From Longimicrobiales bacterium (GTDB lineage: Bacteria > Gemmatimonadota > Gemmatimonadetes > Longimicrobiales > Gaopeijiaceae): 64,000 nucleotides of DNA. Below the pieces are notes generated by a model that saw nothing but the letters and a program-made list of their open reading frames with translations, did not search any database and was not told the origin of the DNA. The stretch is from the NCBI GenBank assembly GCA_965248195.1, contig CBDFIQ010000002.1, positions 1,856,001-1,920,000 of the forward strand. Reading direction: 5' to 3'. This document shows, piece by piece, positions 49,435 to 57,394 of this stretch. Numbering within the stretch: position 1 is the stretch's first letter; every line of letters begins with the position of its first letter. The translations under genes were made by a program, and so were the position numbers.

Positions 49435-49713
49435 GGCGGTGCTTCTCCTGTTCTGCTTCCCCCGTCAGCGGATCTGGAGGGTGCGGCGGAAACTTGGCGG
49501 CAGAGAGGCTATGCCGAAAGCCACAGTTCGTCCACCACCTCCAGCTCTCCGTTATCTTCCGGCCCCAGAGTGCCTTTAGAGTTCCTGTTGTGAGAAGGCG
49601 GCCGCACGCCAAGATATCACACACTCTTTCTCACTGAATGAAGATCGGGGTGTAGCCGTTGCTCCCACACCGTGCAGGAAGCTAAACCGCAAGGTCTCTC
49701 AGGTCACACCACC

Positions 49714-49741
49714 GCCACCCTCCGAACGATGGGGGTGGCCG
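49714..49741. repeat. Hairpin repeat copy 1 (terminator/REP-like)
   Basis: GCCACCCTCCGAACGATGGGGGTGGCCG, nearly identical to 50508-50537; lies downstream of the beta-barrel gene. Confidence 0.6.
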
Positions 49742-49769
49742 CTCCTTGCCCTGGCACCCAGAGAAGTAA

Positions 49770-50414
49770 CTATCCGCCCACGGAGAACGACAGACCGGCG
49801 AGAATGGAGAACGCCCGGTTCTTCACGTCATTGTCGACATCACCACTATCATCGATGTTGGTGAGGCCAAGATCGTAGAAGCCGTCAAGAACCAGAGAGA
49901 GGGTTGGGGTTAGACCGATATTCAGACCAGCACCTACCATACCACCTAAATCGACACTCTTCAGCGGTGTGTCAAGCTGAGGATCGTCGCAGTCGACGCT
50001 CACCGTTAGGCCACCCTGGCTCCTGCTTACGGTGCAGGGGCCAGTCTTGAAGCCTAGGGCTGGGCCCACGAAGAAGTCGAAGCCCACGTTGCCGGTCGTA
50101 GGTGGAGAGAACGTGAGCAAGAGTGGTATCTCAAGGTAGTTCAGCTTGAGCTTCCCCACAGCGCCAGCCTCGGTCTCTTCGCCCCCTTTCTGTACCAGCC
50201 CGACCCCAACTTGCACTCCGAGAACGTTGGACACCGGAACGTTGAAGAATCCGCCGAAGTTCACGGCCGTTCTTGAACTAGGGTTCTCGACATTGTCGCC
50301 TTCCAACGTCGCGAGGCTCAACCCGCCCCGAAAGCCGAGCGTCTGCCCTGCTACGACTGTCGGCAGAGTCAAAAGGAGAGCGGTGACTAGAACCGTCTTG
50401 AGCCGAACCCGCAT
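49770..50414 (-). CDS. Outer-membrane beta-barrel (porin/PorT-like) protein
   Basis: Signal peptide; GFRGGLSLA, QKG, LNYLEIPLL, GPALGF, YDLGL, terminal beta-strand. Confidence 0.85.
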   Translation of the reverse strand: MRVRLKTVLVTALLLTLPTVVAGQTLGFRGGLSLATLEGDNVENPSSRTAVNFGGFFNVPVSNVLGVQVGVGLVQKGGEETEAGAVGKLKLNYLEIPLLLTFSPPTTGNVGFDFFVGPALGFKTGPCTVSRSQGGLTVSVDCDDPQLDTPLKSVDLGGMVGAGLNIGLTPTLSLVLDGFYDLGLTNIDDSGDVDNDVKNRAFSILAGLSFSVGG

Positions 50415-50507
50415 GAGGGTCTCCTCGTGGTCCAGGGGGGGCGCTGATTCTATCGCTGGCGTCTAGTTAAGCGCAAACGATCCTCAGATGCCCCCTGAAC
50501 GAGAAGA

Positions 50508-50537
50508 CGGCCACCTCCGAACCATGGGGGTGGCCGT
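50508..50537. repeat. Hairpin repeat copy 2 (terminator/REP-like)
   Basis: CGGCCACCTCCGAACCATGGGGGTGGCCGT; lies downstream of the bactofilin gene. Confidence 0.6.
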
Positions 50538-50619
50538 GTTTCAGGTCGGAGGTCTCGACGGGGAACGAGCGCATGTCTGGATGGGCGGCGGTGGGTGAGC
50601 GACGCTGGACCCTTAGAAC

Positions 50620-51103
50620 TCAATCAACTCCGCCCGAAACCGGCCTCTTTCTCAAGTCGAAGCTATCATGGTCTCGGATCAGGAGCTGTCGCCAAGGGAT
50701 CTCCTCAACTCCACGAGACGGCGCTTGGCCGGGCTTTGGCGCGGTCTTGACGCTCGACTCACCTAGGGCGATCTGTCCTTGGAGCTCGGCTCCGTCCTCC
50801 ACATGCATCCGCCGGGCCTGGATCTCGCCAGAAATCCGGCTTGTTGCCTGAAGTTCGAGGTGCGCTTCAGCGTATACCGCACCTAGGACCCTCCCTGCGA
50901 TTACCGCGTCCGGGGTATAGATGCTGCCACTGACGAGACCGTCCTTGCTGATCACTACGGATTTTCCGGCTCGCACGTTGCCACGGATGGTGCCGTCGAT
51001 GTGAAGCGAACCCAGCGTCTCGGAATCTCCTTCCAGCGTCATGCCTGCTGCGATGACAGAGATCACCATCTCGGGTGGCGTCACCGGGGGCGCATTGGTC
51101 TTG
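50620..51103 (-). pseudogene. Bactofilin (polymer-forming cytoskeletal protein) whose 5' end is cut by IS3; might still start at ATG 51070
   Basis: SVIAAGMTLEGD...GSLHIDG.IRG, V.G.I...DAVIAG.V.G, EDGA.LQG beta-helix pattern; the frame runs into the IS3 left end at 51104. Confidence 0.8.
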
Positions 51104-51153
51104 TGAATCACCCCGGGTTTGCCGGAGACTCCATCAGTTGAGAGGATGGAGTC

Positions 51154-51474
51154 ATGAAAAGGAAAGGACAGTACTCCCCAGAGGTACGGGAGCGAGCCGT
51201 TCGGATGGTTTTCGAGCACGAGCCTGAGTACAGCTCACAGTGGGCGGCGATCTGCTCGATCTCGGAGAAGATCGGGTGCACGGCGGAGACGCTACGTAAA
51301 TGGGTTCGACGAGCGGAGCGAGACACGGGGCAACGGCCCGGTCTCAAGACAGAAGAGCGTGAGCGACTGAAGGTGCTGGAGCGTGAGAATCGTGAGCTGA
51401 AGCGGGCGAACGAGATTCTGCGTAAGGCATCGGCGTATTTCGCACAGGCGGAGCTCGACCGCCGAGTTCGGTGA
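51154..51474 (+). CDS. IS3 transposase OrfA
   Basis: [49 protein letters not shown]. Confidence 0.93.
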   Translation: MKRKGQYSPEVRERAVRMVFEHEPEYSSQWAAICSISEKIGCTAETLRKWVRRAERDTGQRPGLKTEERERLKVLERENRELKRANEILRKASAYFAQAELDRRVR

Positions 51475-52406
51475 TGGTGGCCTTCATCGACGATTACCGG
51501 CCCACGTACGGAGTCGAGCCGATCTGCGAGGTACTGCCGATCGCTCCGTCGACCTACTACACGCACAAGGCGATGCAGGCAGATCCGACGCTACGATCGG
51601 TCCGGGCTCAGCGCGACGAGATGCTGAAGCCGGAGATCCGTCGAGTGTGGATGCAGAACTTCCAGGTCTACGGGGCGAAGAAGGTGTGGAAGCAGCTGAA
51701 CCGGGAAGGCATCACCGTGGCTCGATGCACGGTGGCTCGGCTCATGAAGGAACTGGAGCTTTGTGGGGTTACGCGAGGGCGGCGCTTCAAGGTGACAACG
51801 CACACGGCGGAGGGCGACGAGCGCCCGCTGGACCTCGTGAACCGAGACTTCAGCGCGGCACGTCCCAACGAGCTGTGGGTCTCGGACCTCACGTACGTGC
51901 GGACGGGCCATGCGTTTGTCTTCGTGGCGTTCGTGATCGATGCGTTCAGCCGTCGCATCGTCGGATGGCGGGTCTCGAACTCATTACGCAGTGACTTAGC
52001 GCTCGACGCTCTCGAGCAGGCGATCTGTGAACGCGAGGACGACGCAGACAAGCGCCTGGTGCATCACAGCGACCGCAGGGGGCAGTACCTGTCTATCCGC
52101 TACACCGAGCGCCTGGCGTTGGCAGGCATCGAGCCGTCCGTAGGCAGCCGGGGGGATTCGTATGACAACGCCCTGGCCGAGACGATCATCGGACTCTACA
52201 AGACCGAGCTCATTCGTCCACGCGGTCCGTGGCGCACCCTCGAAGACATCGAGCTCGCCACCCTCGAATGGGTCTGGTGGTTCAATCACCATCGCCTCTT
52301 CGAGCCCCACGGCCATATCCCGCCGGCCGAGTACGAAGAGTTGTATTATTCGCGTCAGGACGCTCCAGGTGAGCCTCTGACACTCAAGTCAAACAGTCTC
52401 CGATGA
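51471..52406 (+). CDS. IS3 transposase OrfB (DDE integrase core)
   Basis: [26 protein letters not shown]; overlaps the orfA stop (GTGATG). Confidence 0.93.
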   Translation: MMVAFIDDYRPTYGVEPICEVLPIAPSTYYTHKAMQADPTLRSVRAQRDEMLKPEIRRVWMQNFQVYGAKKVWKQLNREGITVARCTVARLMKELELCGVTRGRRFKVTTHTAEGDERPLDLVNRDFSAARPNELWVSDLTYVRTGHAFVFVAFVIDAFSRRIVGWRVSNSLRSDLALDALEQAICEREDDADKRLVHHSDRRGQYLSIRYTERLALAGIEPSVGSRGDSYDNALAETIIGLYKTELIRPRGPWRTLEDIELATLEWVWWFNHHRLFEPHGHIPPAEYEELYYSRQDAPGEPLTLKSNSLR

Positions 52407-52422
52407 ACCCGGGGCGATTCAG

Positions 52423-52644
52423 TCGGTACTGGATAACCTTCGCGTCATCACAGGGATCGAAATCTTCCAAACCAACCAGCTCACCTGCTCGAACATGGCA
52501 ACCGGCGGGAACGTGGCGAATGCGAATATCGCTGATCCTGAGACGACGGATAGCGACGGGCAGATCAGCATCGTGGTGAGTGGCGGGAGCTACGTGGTGA
52601 GCTTGCCCGCAAGGGGGACCTCGCAGACCTTCTTGATCAACTAG
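52423..52644 (+). pseudogene. Headless 73-codon C-terminal gene remnant abutting the IS3 right end
   Basis: Manual translation SVLDNLRVITGIEIFQTNQLTCSN...ISIVVSGGSYVVSLPARGTSQTFLIN-stop; open from the IS boundary; not in the ORF track. Confidence 0.55.
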
Positions 52645-52698
52645 TGAGTGCACGCTGAAGAGGCAGGCCGATACCGGCGGCGTTCTGAGGATGCAGAC

Positions 52699-53085
52699 AT
52701 GCGATTACTCGGCAACATTCTATGGTTTGTCTTGGGCGGCGGGATCATCGCGGGCCTTTCGTGGTTGCTGATGGGACTCTTTCTAGCGATGACGGTAGTC
52801 GGCATTCCGTTCGCAGTTGCGGCGTTCCGTATTGCAGGGTTTGCGGCCTTTCCGTTCGGGAGGGAACTCGTGGATGCGCGTATGGTCGGACAAGCACGAA
52901 TCCTTGGAACCGGGTTGACCAATCTCCTATGGATCGTTCTTGCCGGGATCTGGCTGACCATCGGACATGTGATCTTGGGTATGGCCCTTTGCCTGACGCT
53001 CATCGGCATCCCCTTCGGGTTGGCCCACTTCAAGCTCGCCAGCGTATCGTTCGCGCCGTTGGGGAAGCGCGTTGTTTCGACCTAG
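52699..53085 (+). CDS. YccF domain membrane protein
   Basis: LGNILWFVLGG, GIPFA, PFGR, NLLWI.L.GIWL, IGIPFG.AHFKL...APLG. Confidence 0.92.
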   Translation: MRLLGNILWFVLGGGIIAGLSWLLMGLFLAMTVVGIPFAVAAFRIAGFAAFPFGRELVDARMVGQARILGTGLTNLLWIVLAGIWLTIGHVILGMALCLTLIGIPFGLAHFKLASVSFAPLGKRVVST

Positions 53086-53097
53086 TGGTAGTCGAGT

Positions 53098-53463
53098 ATG
53101 GAGCCTTCTGAACAGAAAGGGCTAGAGGCGGTGGAAGGCCTCTTGCGAGTCGCTGAGTTCGAGGATGAAATCAGTGCATTAGCACGGCAGCATCGTCGGG
53201 TTGAGGTGGGCGTTCTTGTTGGGGTGGTGCTGCTGGTCGGCTCGGCCATCGGGGTGTCGGTGGGTACCCCGGGGTGGGGATTCACCCTTCTGGGGGGACT
53301 CTTGTTCCTGCCCTGGTTCCTGCTAGCGAGCCGCGCCGAGATGCAGAGAATCACTGAGAGCGCCGAGGACCTTCTTCTCCAGGTCGAGGAGGTGAAGCAA
53401 CGGGGCGGTCTCTACACACCTGACGACGCCACGGTTGAGGCTAGGCCCCCAAGAGGGCTCTAA
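53098..53463 (+). CDS. Hypothetical two-TM membrane protein
   Basis: 121-aa ORF with two hydrophobic stretches, co-oriented with the YccF gene. Confidence 0.55.
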   Translation: MEPSEQKGLEAVEGLLRVAEFEDEISALARQHRRVEVGVLVGVVLLVGSAIGVSVGTPGWGFTLLGGLLFLPWFLLASRAEMQRITESAEDLLLQVEEVKQRGGLYTPDDATVEARPPRGL

Positions 53464-53639
53464 GGTTGCGTCTTAAGGTGCTCGTGGGCATGGTGATGCG
53501 CAGCATCTATAAGGTGAAGGGAGTCAACAGGGCGTAGCCCTCCCTTACCCGTCCGGGGTCCCGGAGGGGTGGCTCGGTCCACTGGTCTGTAGCTCAAGGC
53601 CTGCGTCCGTTTTTCATCCTTCAGTACCAACGTCGCGTC

Positions 53640-53795
53640 CGATCTTGGGTGAGTCTCCTCTCACGAGGAACTCAGGCATCTATTCAGGTTTCATCCCAGC
53701 GCGGGGATGTCCGAAGATCTGCTATGCGAGCGAGGGGGGCTCAATCAGAATCTGAGGGTCGTCGTGCGACATGCTGCGCGCGGAGCTCACCCCTG
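53640..53795 (-). ncRNA. Candidate bridge/seekRNA of the IS110 remnant
   Basis: Two stem-closed internal loops found by eye; one carries GCGCAGCAT (reverse complement of the flank ATGCTGCGC), the other ATAGATGC (identical to the element end junction). Confidence 0.6.
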
Positions 53796-53825
53796 TCGTG
53801 GTACGGTCCATCATCGTGTGTCATC

Positions 53826-54027
53826 TCAGTTTGATCGAGCCACGGGTTCATCGTGCCAGACCTCACCCGTACGGAGCATCGCGTGCACAGCACGAGCGAG
53901 GCGCCGAGCGGTAGCGACCCGAGCGACCTGCCACCCGAGCCGTTGCCTGATCAGTTCGTACGACTGTGATAGCCAGCTGTCGGGCGCGTGAGTGACGTGG
54001 CTCACGACGGTCCGGACGAAGGTGCCC
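53826..54027 (-). pseudogene. IS110 family transposase, C-terminal fragment
   Basis: Manual translation FVRTVVSHVTHAPDSWLSQSYELIRQRLGWQVARVATARRLARAVHAMLRTGEVWHDEPVARSN-stop resembles the IS110 A.VA.AR(K/R)L...I.AML..G tail; not in the ORF track. Confidence 0.78.
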
Positions 54028-55403
54028 GGTCAAGTCCCGATTTGTGTGTAAAAGCGGAGGAAGCTCCTCGCCTTCGGCTAGGCTGCTTGGGCGACCTCCT
54101 GTTTCTGGAGGAGTGAGAGGTCGAGGTAACGCCGGTCGCCCCAGACGTGTGTGGTCCTGAGTGCGACGGCCGTGATGAGCCTGAGGGCGCTGGCCCGGTC
54201 CGGGAAGGCGCCGGCGGCCTTGATCCTGCGTTTGATCTCGCCGTGCAGCCGCTCGAGGCTGTTGGTGGTACGCAGCCGGGGCCAGTGCGCCTCGGGGAAC
54301 GCGTAGAACTGCGTCGCTGCCCCGAAGCCCCGCTCCAGGACCTCCACGGCCTCGGGCAGCTCCTTCTTCCAGCGTGCGCCGAACTCGCCCAGGAGCTTCT
54401 TCGCCTCGGCGAGTCCGGATGTCTGGAAGATCACCGAGACCTCACGCGCCACGCGCTTGCGTAGGCGGTGGGGGACCCTCGCCCCCACATTACGCTGCAG
54501 ATGGACCGTACACCTCTGACGGCGTGCCTCGGGCAGGAAGCGGCGGACCGCAGCTGCCAGGCCTGCGTGCTCATCGGCGATCACGAGCTCGACACCGCCG
54601 AGGCCGCGGTCCTGGAGTTGCTCGAGGAGCTCCGACCAGCTCTGCTGCGACTCCTCAGCGCCCAGCGTGACGGCCAGGAGCCGTCGGTGACCCTCAGGGC
54701 CCACTGCATACGCCACGAGCGCACTCACGTTCTCGACTTTGCGGGCCCAGCGGGCGTCCAAGAACGTGGCGTCCAGGTACAGATAGGGGTGAGGCCCCTC
54801 GATCGGCGCACGGCGCAGCCCTTCCACGGCCTCGTCGAGCCGTTTTGCCACACGACTCACCGTCGAGCGCCCAACACGCTCGCCCATCAGCGCCTCGGTG
54901 ACGTCGCCCATCTTGCGCTGTGACACGCCGCTCACATACGCCTCGACCATCATCTCGTCGAGCTCGGGGCTCCTGCGCTGGTAGCGGCCGATCACGTCGG
55001 CCGGCGAACCGTTGTCCCGGCTCCGGGGCATGGCGACCTCGATCTGCCCCAGGCTCGTCAGCAGCCGCCTCAGGTATGTGCCGTTCCTATGGTCCTTCCG
55101 GCTTCCCACCCGCTCGAAGCGGCGTGCACCTACCATGGCCTTCAGCTCCTCTTCCAGCACCATCTCGAGCGTCAGCCGGATCGCGCCTTGAAACAGCTCG
55201 CGCAAATCATCGCGTAGCTCGTCTTGCGTGGCCCGACCGATCTCCACAATCTCTTGCATCGGAAGCTCCTCTCCGGTTCCGAGCCTGCTCTGCAGACCCG
55301 GACTCCCGGGTTCATGTGACAGTGAACAACAACAGAGGAGCTTCCGTTTTTCTTTCCCTCCTGTCCAGCTTATCCGCTTTTACACAAATCTAGGGACACT
55401 ACC
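54028..55403 (-). mobile_element. IS256 family element, 1376 bp
   Basis: Imperfect 31-bp IRs GGTCAAGTCCCGATTTGTGTGTAAAAGCGGA and GGTAGTGTCCCTAGATTTGTGTAAAAGCGGA (reverse complement of 55373-55403); no flanking direct repeat. Confidence 0.93.
54078..55259 (-). CDS. IS256 family transposase
   Basis: RNGTY.R.L.T..G.I...PR.R, YLYLDA, VIADEH.GL, QRC.VH, RTTN.LER...EIKRR. Confidence 0.95.
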   Translation of the reverse strand: MQEIVEIGRATQDELRDDLRELFQGAIRLTLEMVLEEELKAMVGARRFERVGSRKDHRNGTYLRRLLTSLGQIEVAMPRSRDNGSPADVIGRYQRRSPELDEMMVEAYVSGVSQRKMGDVTEALMGERVGRSTVSRVAKRLDEAVEGLRRAPIEGPHPYLYLDATFLDARWARKVENVSALVAYAVGPEGHRRLLAVTLGAEESQQSWSELLEQLQDRGLGGVELVIADEHAGLAAAVRRFLPEARRQRCTVHLQRNVGARVPHRLRKRVAREVSVIFQTSGLAEAKKLLGEFGARWKKELPEAVEVLERGFGAATQFYAFPEAHWPRLRTTNSLERLHGEIKRRIKAAGAFPDRASALRLITAVALRTTHVWGDRRYLDLSLLQKQEVAQAA

Positions 55404-55706
55404 ATCACACCGTGGGTGTTCCATTACCGAGGCAAACGCCTGAATGACTTCCGTCGGACGTGGAACGCCGCCTGTGAGAACGCCGGAGTGCCGGGCACCG
55501 TTTTCCACGATCTTCGCCGCACTGCGGTTCGGAACCTTGAGCGCGCCGGAGTCTCACGGTCCGTTGCCATGAAGATCACTGGACACAAGACCGAGGCCGT
55601 TTATCGCCGCTACGCCATCGCAGATCAGCGTAGCCTGGAGGAGGGCCTAGAGAAGCTCGCAACCTTCAGAGCGGCACAATCACGGCACAATGAGGCCAAA
55701 GCGTAG
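55404..55706 (+). pseudogene. Tyrosine integrase C-terminal remnant, truncated by IS256
   Basis: FHDLRRTAVRNL, ITGHKT..VYRRY catalytic motifs; only ~100 codons; next to the tRNA 3' end. Confidence 0.85.
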
Positions 55707-55775
55707 TCAGTGGCGGCTGAAACGGAGGCAAGACGAATCCGCCTAATTCCCTGCCCTGCCGAACCTTACATAAAG

Positions 55776-55858
55776 TGCCGGGGGTGGGAATCGAACCCAC
55801 ATGGGATTTCTCCCGAGGGATTTTAAGTCCCTTGCGTCTACCATTCCGCCACCCCGGC
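55776..55858 (-). tRNA. tRNA-Leu (anticodon TAA); CCA not encoded
   Basis: GCCGGGGTGGCGGAATGGTAGACGC-AAGGGACTTAAAATCCCT-variable arm-GTGGGTTCGATTCCCACCCCCGGCA. Confidence 0.96.
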
Positions 55859-56010
55859 CGAACAACCATCATTCTACGCTCCGACTGCTCGTTGCCGGAA
55901 GGGCACGAAGTTTTGCCCCACCCGAACCCGGCCTCTAGGTTTCGCTCGGGTCAGGGACGCGGCACACCAACGATGGAGAGGCACCCGCCATGGCGCTCTC
56001 TAGAGGAAAT

Positions 56011-56148
56011 GTGAGTCGAGAGTCACTACGCTCCGGACTCGTCGCTCTGGTTCTCGCCGGCTGCATGGGCGACGATTGGCCCGCGCCCCCGCCCGTGTCC
56101 TTCGACGAATTTGCACAGGAGCATCAGGAGTGGCGCGGCTCGCCGTGA
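56011..56148 (+). pseudogene. 45-codon lipoprotein-like ORF, probable N-terminal remnant (DUF1684-like start)
   Basis: GAGGA RBS, GTG start, lipobox LVLAGC, then FAQEHQEWR and an early stop. Confidence 0.45.
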
Positions 56149-56179
56149 CGGCCGGCGAAAAAGGACCGGTCGAGCCGGC

Positions 56180-56611
56180 TCACTGATCGCCCGGTTCGCT
56201 TGGCCCCATCTGGACTCTCACAGTCAGGAACCAAACGATGGCTGCCGCAGCGGCGACGTGCATCAGCATGAGCACCCCGACCCCTGTAGGGGTTACCCCC
56301 GGGAAGGCAGCAGCTCCGTCGCCCAGAAGCAACATGTCTGGCAGGAACGACAGCAGCAGAACCCCAAGGGCAATCCAACGAAAGAGATACTCGGGCCTAT
56401 CCGCACGTCGACGAACGACCCCGAAGACGGCGGTCGCTCCGAGCGCGCCCACAGCTGTGAAGAAGATTGTCGGGGCCGGTCCCGCCAAGGGGGGAAACTC
56501 GGTCGGAATGTCGAGAGTGGCTAAGGCGGCCCAACGAACCGCGAGCGTCGCGATGATCGACCCGACAAGCCCCTTGAGCCCACGCGCCCACAGCCTGTCT
56601 TTTGCCGTCAT
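56180..56611 (-). CDS. Four-TM membrane protein (DUF6069-like)
   Basis: FPPL, P...FRWIAL.VLLLSFLPD, LMLMHVAAA pattern. Confidence 0.7.
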   Translation of the reverse strand: MTAKDRLWARGLKGLVGSIIATLAVRWAALATLDIPTEFPPLAGPAPTIFFTAVGALGATAVFGVVRRRADRPEYLFRWIALGVLLLSFLPDMLLLGDGAAAFPGVTPTGVGVLMLMHVAAAAAIVWFLTVRVQMGPSEPGDQ

Positions 56612-56731
56612 GTCGATAGTTCCCGAAGATGTGGCATTGAGAATGGGAAGTCATAACCGGCGTAGAAGATTTCGGTCAAGCGGTCGGTTTCGTATGCTTA
56701 CCCAACCTTCGCGAGAGAGCACCACTGAACG

Positions 56732-57391
56732 ATGAATCCGGAGCGTTTCCAGAAGCTGGCTCGGGCCCTACGCAGGCGGCAGCCAGACCTGACTGTGCTG
56801 ATGGAGCGCGTCCATAAGAGCCACAATCTTTCGGCCATCCTCCGTAACTGTGACGCGGTGGGAGTGTTGGAGGCTCACGCGATCCCCCCCGAGGAGGGCC
56901 TTCAGATTCATTTCCATACCTCGGCGGGGACGGCCAAGTGGGTTCGATTGGTCAGGCACCGCACCATCCAAGCGGCGATCGAGGAATTGAAGGGCCGCGG
57001 TTTCCGAGTGCTGGCTGCAAATCCCGGTCCCGATGCCGTCGATTTTCGAGAGGTGGACTACACAGTACCCACCGCCCTGATGATGGGGGCGGAGCTTCTG
57101 GGCCTGAGCGACGAGGCACTCGCGTTGGCGGATCTACGGATTTCGATCCCGATGGTGGGAATGGCCCAATCGTTCAACGTTTCAGTCGCTTCTGCGCTCC
57201 TGCTATTCGAAGCGTTTCGCCAACGTGATGCCGCCCAAATGTACGACGAATCCCGGATCGACCCCGAGGATATGGAGCGGATTCTGTTCGAGTGGGCGTA
57301 CCCGCGTATAGCCCGCCACTGCCGGGACCGGGGCACACCCTACCCGTCGCTCGGGCAGGACGGAGGCCTGCCGAAGATCTCCTTCGAGTAG
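56732..57391 (+). CDS. trmH: tRNA (guanosine-18-2'-O)-methyltransferase
   Basis: RRQPDLTVLME.VHK.HNLSAI.R.CDAVG, MGAE..G, IPMVGM.QS.NVSVA, LFEW. Confidence 0.93.
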   Translation: MNPERFQKLARALRRRQPDLTVLMERVHKSHNLSAILRNCDAVGVLEAHAIPPEEGLQIHFHTSAGTAKWVRLVRHRTIQAAIEELKGRGFRVLAANPGPDAVDFREVDYTVPTALMMGAELLGLSDEALALADLRISIPMVGMAQSFNVSVASALLLFEAFRQRDAAQMYDESRIDPEDMERILFEWAYPRIARHCRDRGTPYPSLGQDGGLPKISFE

Positions 57392-57394
57392 CTG

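Larger units (their letters stand above)
51104..52421 (+). mobile_element. IS3 family element (IS51-like), 1318 bp
   Basis: IRL TGAATCACCCCGGGTTTGCCGGAGAC; IRR (reverse complement) TGAATCGCCCCGGGTTCATCGGAGAC; orfA and orfB inside; no flanking direct repeat. Confidence 0.95.
53504..54027 (-). mobile_element. IS110-family remnant: transposase C-terminus plus ~320-nt right non-coding end
   Basis: Transposase-like tail, structured non-coding region and terminal TTGACTCCCTTCACCTTATAG(ATG); cut at 54027 by IS256. Confidence 0.75.

Noticed and set aside
49640..49710. Glycine-riboswitch-like text (GGAAGC...TCTCTCAGG)
   Set aside because: Only a partial motif, on the strand opposite to the neighbouring genes, and no glycine-related gene downstream; an Rfam scan would be needed.
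51104..51219. N-terminal part of ORF 50620-51219 as native bactofilin sequence
   Set aside because: It lies within the IS3 left end and antisense to orfA, so it is a chance in-frame read-through.
47036..55775. att duplication of the tRNA-Leu 3' end
   Set aside because: No convincing copy of GTGCCGGGGGTGGG found by eye; the GGGGGTGG matches at 49731 and 50526 belong to hairpin repeats.
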